Positions 54,534 to 63,310 of a DNA stretch of 64,000 nucleotides are shown one piece after another. The translations under genes and the position numbers were made by a program. Within the stretch, counting starts at the first letter, position 1, and the number at the start of each line of letters is the position of its first letter. This DNA is from a virus (taxonomy: Duplodnaviria > Caudoviricetes), in the IMG/VR virus record IMGVR_UViG_3300027759_000044, one strand, 5' to 3'. The notes below the pieces were generated by a model that worked only from the letters and a program-made list of their open reading frames with translations, ran no database searches and was not told the origin of the DNA.

Positions 54534-55459
54534 AAAATAGCCTTTGGGTAGAAAAGTATCGTCCGCAAACAGTAGCAGATTATGTGTTTGTAAACGAAAG
54601 ACAAAAAAATCAAGTAGAGGGTTGGATTAAAGAGGGTAGTATTCCTCATCTTTTACTATCAGGTGATCCGGGTACAGGTAAGACAACTCTTGCTAAAGTA
54701 TTGATACATGAACTTGGTGTTAGTGAATATGATGTATTGGAGATCAATGCTTCACGTGAGAATAGCGTAGATGTTGTACGTAACAAAATTGTTAACTTTG
54801 TACAAACAATGCCTTTCGGTAACTTCAAAGTTGTATTACTAGATGAAGCAGATTATTTGACACCAGCTGGCCAAGCGGCATTGCGTAACGATATGGAAGC
54901 ATATCATATGACAGCACGATTTATTCTAACCTGTAACTATCAGCATAGAATTATCCCAGCATTGAAATCACGATGCCATGAGTTTCACATTACAAAAACA
55001 GATAAAACAGAGTTCACTGCGAGAGCGGCAACTGTGTTAGTAAGTGAAAACGTTGAGTTTGAATTAGATGATTTGGATAGTTATGTTCGTGCCACATATC
55101 CAGACTTGCGTAAATGTTTGAATCAACTACAAGTTAACAGTAGTACAGGAAAACTATTGTCATCACAAACTCAAAGTAGTGGCGAAGATGAGTTATTGGT
55201 AGAGGCAACTACTTTGTTTAAAGCAGGGAAGATCCTTGAAGGTAGACAACAGTTATTACAATATATTGCATTGTATCCTACACGCATTGAAGATACGTAT
55301 GCATGGATGTATCAGAATTTAGATTTATGGGGTAAGTCTAATGAAAAACGTGATGCTAGTATTATTGTTATTAGAAATGGTTTAGCTAATCTAAGTATGG
55401 TAGGAATTCCTGAAATATCACTGGCAGCAACATTAGTAGAATTGACAGGTGATTTATGA
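54530..55459 (+). CDS. gp44: Clamp loader large subunit (RFC/gp44)
   Basis: LWVEKYRPQT, GDPGTGKTT, EINASRE, LLDEAD, SRC motif. Confidence 0.95.
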   Translation: MKNSLWVEKYRPQTVADYVFVNERQKNQVEGWIKEGSIPHLLLSGDPGTGKTTLAKVLIHELGVSEYDVLEINASRENSVDVVRNKIVNFVQTMPFGNFKVVLLDEADYLTPAGQAALRNDMEAYHMTARFILTCNYQHRIIPALKSRCHEFHITKTDKTEFTARAATVLVSENVEFELDDLDSYVRATYPDLRKCLNQLQVNSSTGKLLSSQTQSSGEDELLVEATTLFKAGKILEGRQQLLQYIALYPTRIEDTYAWMYQNLDLWGKSNEKRDASIIVIRNGLANLSMVGIPEISLAATLVELTGDL

Positions 55460-55728
55460 GATATTTATTGATTACATTTATGAGAAAGCCCGGCGGGCAA
55501 ATTGATGAACAAGTTGCTGTATCTAAAAAGGTTAAGCCAAGTGACTTACAGACCTGTAATGTTATATTAGATTATGCTAAGAAAAAAGTAGATAAATGTG
55601 TAATTGAAGGTAAAGTATTAGATAGAGAGTGGGATAAGATGCATGAATATTATTTACGAATTTATCCTAATCTAATTTCACAACTTGAAAAAGAAGCAAG
55701 TATTACTGAAAAAACAAATGGGGCCTAA
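55456..55728 (+). CDS. Hypothetical protein
   Basis: ATGA overlap with gp44. Confidence 0.75.
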   Translation: MRYLLITFMRKPGGQIDEQVAVSKKVKPSDLQTCNVILDYAKKKVDKCVIEGKVLDREWDKMHEYYLRIYPNLISQLEKEASITEKTNGA

Positions 55729-55738
55729 GCCCCATTTT
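55716..55738. terminator. Bidirectional terminator
   Basis: AAATGGGGC-CTAA-GCCCCATTT between convergent genes. Confidence 0.8.
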
Positions 55739-55739
55739 G

Positions 55740-56522
55740 TTAACTGTATAAGTTAAGCACATGTTCAATTATGCGATGACGTTGAACATCTTTTAGTTCA
55801 AACTTACATAATTGCAATCCCGGAATCACCCCCTTCCTCAATCGATTTTGTAAATCTAATAGCCCATTGTCGGCTGTTTTACGATCGGCTTGTTCAATAT
55901 CGCCAGTAATTACAATCTTACTACCGACGCCGATTCTGGTCATAATCATTTTGAGTTGACCCGGGGTTGCGTTTTGTGCCTCGTCTAATACTACCCAACT
56001 ATGTTTGAAATTTCGTCCTCGACAAAATGCTAGAGGTGCAATTTCCACTATCTGTTCTTCTAGCATGTGGGCTATTTCTTTTGTGGTGTAGTATTCACGC
56101 AGAACGTCTAACAACGGCCTAGTCCAAGGTTCCATCTTTTGATTGATATCTCCTGGTAAGAAACCGTGTTTCTCGTCATCAACACCTATTGCTGGCCTAG
56201 ATAATATGATTCTTTCACATTCACCATTACGCATAGCTTTTATGGCAGCAAGCATAGCTAAGTAAGTTTTACCAGTACCCGCAGGACCTGTGACTACGAC
56301 AATATCTGTCTGCTCATCCAGTAGTGCGAGGATATAATTTTCTTGGTTAACCGACTTAGGGATAAGTTGAACGGGTTTTTTATTTACCCGCATTTCCCTC
56401 TGTACTTGTGCGAAATCTATAGTTTTTGATTCATGTGTGTAGAAAGTATGATTATCTTGTTTTTTGCTGTGTGAAAACCGTGTGTCTTGTGTACGTAATG
56501 CGCTAGTTTTTCGTTTGCTCAA
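55740..56522 (-). CDS. phoH: PhoH-family ATPase
   Basis: GPAGTGKT, RPAIG, GFLPG, RGRNF, LDEAQN, GDIEQAD; start re-called to TTG 56522 with AGGAGA RBS. Confidence 0.95.
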   Translation of the reverse strand: MSKRKTSALRTQDTRFSHSKKQDNHTFYTHESKTIDFAQVQREMRVNKKPVQLIPKSVNQENYILALLDEQTDIVVVTGPAGTGKTYLAMLAAIKAMRNGECERIILSRPAIGVDDEKHGFLPGDINQKMEPWTRPLLDVLREYYTTKEIAHMLEEQIVEIAPLAFCRGRNFKHSWVVLDEAQNATPGQLKMIMTRIGVGSKIVITGDIEQADRKTADNGLLDLQNRLRKGVIPGLQLCKFELKDVQRHRIIEHVLNLYS

Positions 56523-56693
56523 GTTAATTCTCCTTTGTAGAGCGTGAGTTCTCATAACACTCAAGTTTATTTAAAGTCAATACATAGAGACATAGTAGCA
56601 TACTTATTGTGTAGCTATTAATGATAAATATTAGGCTACGGTATGAATTAGGCTAATTTCATATATTCAATCTATAAAAGATAAATACTTTAT

Positions 56694-57302
56694 ATGAAAA
56701 CCGCAGACAAATTTTTTGACAACGTTGATTATGTAAGCATAATTGACACAGTAAAAGGTATATTTACCAGCGACGGATCAATGGCTGTATTACTAGACTA
56801 CGAGCGAGTACTAGATGAAGCCGATTTATACGCATTTAAAAACTGGGAATTAGGTGAATTAGTCCAAGGTCCTGACGTTAAACGCTACACAGTAGCATGT
56901 ATATTCATGTTCCCTTACAAACTAATGCCCGATCCACGTGGGGCTAAACGTTTAGCCGGTGTAGGATGTAAAATCAAGTTCAAAAAGACTAAACTTAAAG
57001 TACCTGTTGCTGTTGAAAATCCAGAGGATTACATTCCTGGTACAAGATATCCAAAGACTGCTATGCGTGAAGTGTGGCTAGTTTATATAGAAATGCCTAA
57101 AGAATTGATGAACGATATACGTGAAGGATCAATTGATTTAGCAGGTCAAAATATTGACTTGAATGAATTAGATGATGCTTATGATAACGATTTAGATGAA
57201 GAAGATACCAATGAAGCAGACGATCAACGGGATGATATGATGAATCAAACCGGTACTGCAGCTCCTGGATTAGGGATGCCTCCTCCATTACCGGCAATGT
57301 AA
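56694..57302 (+). CDS. Hypothetical late protein
   Basis: Two GATAAATA motifs upstream (56623, 56680); acidic tail. Confidence 0.8.
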   Translation: MKTADKFFDNVDYVSIIDTVKGIFTSDGSMAVLLDYERVLDEADLYAFKNWELGELVQGPDVKRYTVACIFMFPYKLMPDPRGAKRLAGVGCKIKFKKTKLKVPVAVENPEDYIPGTRYPKTAMREVWLVYIEMPKELMNDIREGSIDLAGQNIDLNELDDAYDNDLDEEDTNEADDQRDDMMNQTGTAAPGLGMPPPLPAM

Positions 57303-57303
57303 T

Positions 57304-57861
57304 ATGACTAATAAAACTATATTAAATGAAGGTTTAGACTATCATGATCTAGAAGATCAAATGATTCCCACTGTAACAGTAGATGAATATGCCGCACATA
57401 TGGGCACTGATAGTGAGATTGTAACATTAGCTTTTACTATTAAAAGCGAAGCAGCCGGCAATGATTTAGTTGATTGGTTTGAACGTGGATATGATTTTGT
57501 ATTAGATGCTCAAGTAAGTGAAGGGGAAGTAAAGCCCGGGCAATACTTAGTATTTGTTGAAATGAATCGTAGAAGTAGTGTACCTAAACGTATCATAGAA
57601 TTACTAGATGATTTAGAAACTTTGACTGATATACCAGTTAAAGATTGGACAATTGTTGTTGATGAAGAAGAATACTCTCCGGAAGAAGAAGTATTGAAAC
57701 AAGTAATTACTATTAGCCCTCATGATTATCGTGAAGAAGTTGAAGTTGAAGAAGAAGAAATTAATGAAATGCGTGAACGTGCTGGCCTAGAAGTCAAAGT
57801 AATTCATGCTGACAAACAAGATGCTGAGATAAAAGCATTTAAATCTATGGCAGGTTTATAA
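57304..57861 (+). CDS. Hypothetical acidic protein (head-protein-type termini)
   Basis: ILNE near the N-terminus; ERAGL and SMAGL at the C-terminus. Confidence 0.75.
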   Translation: MTNKTILNEGLDYHDLEDQMIPTVTVDEYAAHMGTDSEIVTLAFTIKSEAAGNDLVDWFERGYDFVLDAQVSEGEVKPGQYLVFVEMNRRSSVPKRIIELLDDLETLTDIPVKDWTIVVDEEEYSPEEEVLKQVITISPHDYREEVEVEEEEINEMRERAGLEVKVIHADKQDAEIKAFKSMAGL

Positions 57862-58469
57862 TGGCAACAATATTACCTAAAAAGGCAAGTTTTGAACAAC
57901 CAATGGCATTAGATGATGAGCATCACGAAATGTTAGCGGCCGATCCTACAATACAACAATTTCCACAAGGTAGTAGTTATGGTACAAACACATCATTTAG
58001 CGGGAGTTCAGCATTTGGCTCACCTTCGTCAGGAGGTTTCGGCTCACCCGGTAATTTTGGTTCATCAGGATCGTTCTCAAGTCCAAACTTCAATCAACAA
58101 TCAAGTTCAGGATTTGGTAGTACACAAAACATCAATCAATCAAACACTAATCAACCAGTACTCACTGGAGCCGCTCCAACAAATGCCGCAAGCGGGGCAG
58201 ATGTATTAGTAGCTAACGATAATACAGATTGGATTAATAAAAAATGGCGTCCAGTTATGGGTTGGATCTATATGCTAACTTGTACAATGGACTTTGTTAT
58301 ATTTCCAATACTATGGTCACTACTACAAGCATTAAGTAAAGGTAGTGTCACTATGCAATGGCAACCATTAACATTGCAGGGTGCCGGTCTTTATCACATC
58401 GCTATGGGCGCAGTTCTTGGTATTGCTGCTTATGGGCGAACAAAAGAAAAAATTGAAGGTAAATCATAA
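57861..58469 (+). CDS. Holin of 3-TM / gene-transfer-release type
   Basis: WRPVMGWIY...WQPLTLQG...HIAMGAVLGIAAYGRTKEK; disordered Ser/Gly-rich N-terminus. Confidence 0.75.
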   Translation: MATILPKKASFEQPMALDDEHHEMLAADPTIQQFPQGSSYGTNTSFSGSSAFGSPSSGGFGSPGNFGSSGSFSSPNFNQQSSSGFGSTQNINQSNTNQPVLTGAAPTNAASGADVLVANDNTDWINKKWRPVMGWIYMLTCTMDFVIFPILWSLLQALSKGSVTMQWQPLTLQGAGLYHIAMGAVLGIAAYGRTKEKIEGKS

Positions 58470-58511
58470 TAAATATTGACTTAACACACAAATTGTGTTA
58501 TACTTAATATT

Positions 58512-59312
58512 ATGATAGACCATTACTCAACTTTAGGCGTTGGTAAAACTGCTAATGCCGACGACATAAAAAAAGCATATAGAAAATTAGCTGGTAAACA
58601 TCATCCTGATAAAGGTGGTGATACTTCTACATTTCAAAAGATTGAAGAAGCATATCGCATTCTTAGTGATCCACAACAACGACAACAATATGATAATCCA
58701 ATGCCACAAGGCAATCCGTTTCAAGGATTCTCGGGTGGAGGATTTCACTTCAATATGAATGGATTCAATATGGATGAATTGTTTGGACAAATGTTTAGAC
58801 AACATCATCAGCATCCACAACAAAATATATATAGAACTTCATACTGGATTACGTTAGAACAAGCATACAACGGAGGTGAAGAAGTATTAAAATTACAAAC
58901 TCCAACTGGATTACATATGGTTAAGGTAAACATTCCAAAAGGAGTTCCTGATGGTGGACAAGTACGATATGAAAAGGTTGTTGATTCATCTGATTTAATT
59001 GTAGAATATAGGATACATCCTCATTTACAATATGAAAGAAGAATGAATGACTTACATAGCAATTATTCTATATCTGTGTTGGATTTGATTGTGGGTACTA
59101 CATTTCAATTTACTACTATTAATGGTAAATCTATAGAGGTAACTGTTCCACCAAAAACTCAACCATTTATGAATTTGAATTTAGGTGGGCACGGAATGCC
59201 AATACAAGGTACCAATGCGTGTGGTAACCAAATCATCTTGCTAAAACCCTTTATACCTGATAATATAGACAGTCGTATAACTGATAGCATATTGCAATCT
59301 AAATCACAGTAA
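58512..59312 (+). CDS. dnaJ: DnaJ/CbpA-type co-chaperone
   Basis: J-domain with HPD, G/F-rich linker, C-terminal domain, no Zn fingers; TTGACT-17-TATACT promoter at 58476. Confidence 0.92.
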   Translation: MIDHYSTLGVGKTANADDIKKAYRKLAGKHHPDKGGDTSTFQKIEEAYRILSDPQQRQQYDNPMPQGNPFQGFSGGGFHFNMNGFNMDELFGQMFRQHHQHPQQNIYRTSYWITLEQAYNGGEEVLKLQTPTGLHMVKVNIPKGVPDGGQVRYEKVVDSSDLIVEYRIHPHLQYERRMNDLHSNYSISVLDLIVGTTFQFTTINGKSIEVTVPPKTQPFMNLNLGGHGMPIQGTNACGNQIILLKPFIPDNIDSRITDSILQSKSQ

Positions 59313-59336
59313 ATATTATTTTAAAAGGAACTGGAT

Positions 59337-61613
59337 GTGAATAATTCACCCGAAATCGAAGCCATCATTGAACAGGCTATTGAGTTGTCTAAACAACGTA
59401 AACATCAATATTGTACAATTGAACATTTGTTATTATCATTAATAACACATACACCATTTAAAAAATGTTTAGATAGTTTTGGATGTGAAACCTCAACTAT
59501 GATTCAAGAGGTTACTTCATACGTTGATAGCTTACATGCTATTGTAGCAAAGATAGACCCTAACCAAGAAGTTCAACCACGTAAAACTAACAGTTTAGAA
59601 CGTGTAATGAATCGTTCTGTTACTCAGGTACTGTTCACTGGACGTAGACAAGTAACTACTATTGACTTATATCTCTCTATCGCTAGTGAGGGTAATAGTC
59701 ATGCTCACTATTTCTTATTGAAATATGGGATTAATAAGAATGATTTTGTCGCACATTGGCAAAAAACATATAAAGGTTCAGAATTCACTAGTAAACTTTC
59801 TGAAGGTCAAGCAGATGAGATTCTTGAAGAATATACTACTAACTTAACTAATCTTGCACGACAAGGTAAACTTGAACCATTGATTGGTCGTAGTACTGAA
59901 CTAGACGATATTGTTAATGTATTGGCTAAACGATTCAAATCAAATGTATTGATGGTGGGTGATCCGGGTGTGGGTAAAACAGCTATTGCTGAAGGGCTTG
60001 CACAAATGATTGCTGATAAAACAGTACCTGAATTCTTACACGGACATGAACTATATTCACTTGAGATTGGTGCCTTACTTGCTGGATCTAAATATCGTGG
60101 TGACTTTGAAGAAAAAGTTAAAGCTGTCCTTGATGCACTAAACACTAAGAAAAAATCAGTATTGTTTATTGACGAAGCACATACTATGAAAGGTAGTGGT
60201 TCATCTACTAGCGGAAGTATTGATTTTGCTAATATGATTAAACCTGCAATTACTAAAGGTACACTTAAAGTTATTGCTAGCACCACGTGGGAAGAATACT
60301 ACGATTCATTTGAGAAGGATCGTGCTTTAATGCGTAGATTCTATCGTGTATCAATTGATGAACCTTCACATGATAGTACAATTCGTATTCTTAAAGGATT
60401 AAGTTCAAGGTTGAATGACTTCCATGAAGTTGAAATTAGTGATGAAGCAGTAACTGCGGCAGTTGACGCATCAGTACGTTACATTCACGACCGTAAGAAT
60501 CCAGACAAAAGTATTGACTTATTAGATGCGGCATGCGCTAAACAACGTGTTGCGGGTAATAAAGGTGCAATCATTACTAAAGACTTGATCCATGAACAAG
60601 TTGAACGATTCACCGGTGTTCCTGCTGATAAACTTAATGGTGATAACTACGACCGTATCAATAGCCTTGAAGTTAATATCAAAGGTAAACTATACGGACA
60701 AGATGAAACAGTTGAACAAGTGTTAGAACGTATCTATGTTAGCTTTGCTGGCATTGGTAATGAACATAAACCTACAGCAAGTTTCATCTTCTTAGGCCCA
60801 ACTGGTACAGGTAAAACAGAATTAGCTAAGTTGTTAAGTAAAAACCTTGATATGACATTACTCAAATATGATATGAGTGAATATAGTGAAAAACACTCAG
60901 TATCAAGTTTGATTGGTCCTCCCCCTGGCTATGTTGGATTTGGTGATAGTCAAGTAGGTGGTGGTCGTCTAATCAATGACTTAAGCAAGAATCCACATAG
61001 TATCTTACTATTTGACGAAGTTGAAAAGGCTCACCCTGATATCTTTAATATCTTCTTACAGATGTTAGATGAAGGTCGTATTACTGGTAGTAACGGCAAA
61101 GAAGTTAACTGTAAGAATACTATTATTATTATGACAAGTAACTTGGGTAGTAGTGATAGTGAGAAAAACAATATTGGATTTGGTAGTCAAGAAAAGACAG
61201 GTGAGGATGACAAAGCAATTAAAGAGTTCTTCAAACCAGAATTTAGAAATCGTGTTGATTTGATTTGTAAATTTGGTAAACTTGATTTCTTAGCAATTAA
61301 GAAAATTGTTGTTAAGTTTACGGAAGAATTGAAGAAATCATTATTTGATAAGCACAATATTAGTTTGAATCTAAGTGAGCCAGTAGTTGATTATTTGGGT
61401 GAGAAGGGCTATGATAAGAAAATGGGTGCTCGTCCATTAAGCCGTAAGATTGACGAATTGATTCGTGTACCATTGAGCAAGAAAGTACTATTTGAGCGTA
61501 TTAAAAATGCTACAGTAACATGTGTACTAGTGGATGATAAGATTGAGTTCAATGTAGTACAGAAATCAATAGCGAAAGTAGGAGAAGATGGGATTATTGA
61601 AATTAGCAACTGA
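59337..61613 (+). CDS. clpA: ClpA-like AAA+ unfoldase
   Basis: Clp-N domain, GDPGVGKT, FIDEAH, GPTGTGKT, FDEVEKAH, IGF loop (NIGFG), GARPL. Confidence 0.93.
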   Translation: MNNSPEIEAIIEQAIELSKQRKHQYCTIEHLLLSLITHTPFKKCLDSFGCETSTMIQEVTSYVDSLHAIVAKIDPNQEVQPRKTNSLERVMNRSVTQVLFTGRRQVTTIDLYLSIASEGNSHAHYFLLKYGINKNDFVAHWQKTYKGSEFTSKLSEGQADEILEEYTTNLTNLARQGKLEPLIGRSTELDDIVNVLAKRFKSNVLMVGDPGVGKTAIAEGLAQMIADKTVPEFLHGHELYSLEIGALLAGSKYRGDFEEKVKAVLDALNTKKKSVLFIDEAHTMKGSGSSTSGSIDFANMIKPAITKGTLKVIASTTWEEYYDSFEKDRALMRRFYRVSIDEPSHDSTIRILKGLSSRLNDFHEVEISDEAVTAAVDASVRYIHDRKNPDKSIDLLDAACAKQRVAGNKGAIITKDLIHEQVERFTGVPADKLNGDNYDRINSLEVNIKGKLYGQDETVEQVLERIYVSFAGIGNEHKPTASFIFLGPTGTGKTELAKLLSKNLDMTLLKYDMSEYSEKHSVSSLIGPPPGYVGFGDSQVGGGRLINDLSKNPHSILLFDEVEKAHPDIFNIFLQMLDEGRITGSNGKEVNCKNTIIIMTSNLGSSDSEKNNIGFGSQEKTGEDDKAIKEFFKPEFRNRVDLICKFGKLDFLAIKKIVVKFTEELKKSLFDKHNISLNLSEPVVDYLGEKGYDKKMGARPLSRKIDELIRVPLSKKVLFERIKNATVTCVLVDDKIEFNVVQKSIAKVGEDGIIEISN

Positions 61614-62322
61614 TACCCCGGGCATTGATTTCTATGATTATCGGGATAGTGATTACTACGGTAAATACAAATATCGTGTAAGATTCTCTATAGAGGGTGT
61701 TAGATATGCTATGTATGAAAAAAACTTTGATGGGTTGATGAAACGATATAATATCTTAACTGGTTGGAAAAAGATAAAAGATTTGGATAGACCAGTAGTT
61801 ACAGAAAATCTAGAGGCTCTTGGAAAGTTTATAGATTTTCGTAATATGCTTAAAGAAAACAATACTGGGTTAGTTCGTATTGAGAGTAGTAGAATATCAA
61901 TCTTTAGTAATGATTTAGCCTTATTAAAAACAAGTGAAAGTATTAAAGTTGGTATCTTTTATGATTATACAGAAGCTCAAACAAATAATTTTGTAGGAGT
62001 AAAGTCATTTGTCAATGACCCTAAACATAAGTATAGGGTTTATTTGAAATCTAAAATGATTCAAAATACATTTGTCACACAATTAGATGATTTATTAAAA
62101 CGTTCAACAGACTTACATCCTAGTCCGTCATTAAAATACTGGCTACAGGGATATAATAATAATGCCCCTTCTTGGAGTTGGAGATATCGTTACACCAATA
62201 GTAATCACTTCATTGACTATGATGAAGAAACCCTATTAAGCTATCTAGCATTGATGCACGGGGAATATCTAGGAAAACGCTATAAATTAGAAAAGAGAAT
62301 AGAAAATTATGGAACCAATTAG
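61588..62322 (+). CDS. Hypothetical protein with an apparent internal duplication
   Basis: Two KYRV-initiated units (KYKYRVRF, KHKYRVYL). Confidence 0.75.
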   Translation: MGLLKLATDTPGIDFYDYRDSDYYGKYKYRVRFSIEGVRYAMYEKNFDGLMKRYNILTGWKKIKDLDRPVVTENLEALGKFIDFRNMLKENNTGLVRIESSRISIFSNDLALLKTSESIKVGIFYDYTEAQTNNFVGVKSFVNDPKHKYRVYLKSKMIQNTFVTQLDDLLKRSTDLHPSPSLKYWLQGYNNNAPSWSWRYRYTNSNHFIDYDEETLLSYLALMHGEYLGKRYKLEKRIENYGTN

Positions 62323-62722
62323 AAAATTCATAAATGTAGTTGAATCCGCACAAAGTGTAGAGCAACTAGCACATATTAGCGATAAAGCATTAGATGATGC
62401 TTATCATTATGGTCGTAGTCAACCCGGTGCAAGCTTTGGATGGTTGGCTAATATTGAGAGTGCAAAAGCCGCCAAAAGATTGATTGACGCCGGTGAAACT
62501 GATATTGAAAAGATTAGTGATGCTATACATGACGGATGGAATATTACTGCGATGGCAGATTACAACAATCAATTACAATTAGATAGTCCCACGCCTGACG
62601 AAAAGAAGGCTAAAAGAGCTAAATTAGCACAGCAACCCTATAGTCAACTTCCAGAAGAAGAAAAAGAGAAGGATCGTGTTGTGGCAAGGGCGTTATTAAA
62701 AGCAATTACAGGTACTGCGTAA
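62309..62722 (+). CDS. RyR-domain-like protein
   Basis: AIHDGW...QPYSQLPEEEKEKDR matches the RyR repeat signature. Confidence 0.6.
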   Translation: MEPIRKFINVVESAQSVEQLAHISDKALDDAYHYGRSQPGASFGWLANIESAKAAKRLIDAGETDIEKISDAIHDGWNITAMADYNNQLQLDSPTPDEKKAKRAKLAQQPYSQLPEEEKEKDRVVARALLKAITGTA

Positions 62723-62758
62723 AAGTGATAAATACTCTAATAAAATGGAGTATTTACC

Positions 62759-62923
62759 ATGGCAAAGATTGTAACAGAATCAATCGTAATCACTTTTAGT
62801 AAGATAGTAAAAGACACTGATTCAGGCACTAGTATCACTAGTCCTGAAATACAAGCGGCTTTAGAACAAGTTGCCCAAGAATTAATTGGCGATTCAGTAG
62901 TAGTTGAGGTTGTAAAAGCATAA
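62759..62923 (+). CDS. 54-aa hypothetical late protein (below ORF-track cutoff)
   Basis: MAKIVTESIV...VEVVKA*; GGAG RBS, GATAAATA at 62727, TAATG coupling to the next gene. Confidence 0.8.
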   Translation: MAKIVTESIVITFSKIVKDTDSGTSITSPEIQAALEQVAQELIGDSVVVEVVKA

Positions 62924-63309
62924 TGAGCCAAACAACTACTCTCATCTTATTGCCACAAACATCATATGTTAATCCAGGAAATGGTGCCCCCTATACCGTA
63001 ACGGGAAATAGCCAACCCGGGGCATCATACATTATTGCACCTCGTTCATTACAAACTGTTAATATTAACTTGACAAATTGTACAGGTAATATTACAATAG
63101 AAGCTAGTTTAGCTACAACTCCTAGCAGTACTGATTGGTTCAAAGTATATGAATTAACAGCTAATGCAAATGCGGCAGCTAACTCTGCCCCACAAATCGC
63201 AAGTAACGCATCAGTATATACAAATATAGATGGTAATTTTGTATATATGAGAGCAAAGGTTGTAGATTTTGAAGGTGGTGTAGTTAATTTTGTAAAGTTA
63301 AGTTATTGA
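62923..63309 (+). CDS. Putative small structural protein
   Basis: Beta-rich; ITIEASL...DWFKV...YMRAKV resembles the C-terminal half of ORF 14561. Confidence 0.7.
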   Translation: MSQTTTLILLPQTSYVNPGNGAPYTVTGNSQPGASYIIAPRSLQTVNINLTNCTGNITIEASLATTPSSTDWFKVYELTANANAAANSAPQIASNASVYTNIDGNFVYMRAKVVDFEGGVVNFVKLSY

Positions 63310-63310
63310 T

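Larger units (their letters stand above)
341..62734. promoter_or_regulatory. Dispersed T4-late-like promoter motif (consensus GATAAATA, with variants)
   Basis: Copies just upstream of late-type genes at 341, 14534, 17788, 19420, 20863, 23019, 25568, 32845, 35155, 38845, 41500, 41993, 45131, 50793, 52093, 56623, 56680, 58468, 62727 and on the minus strand at 14486, 30926; cf. T4 gp55 TATAAATA. Confidence 0.8.
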
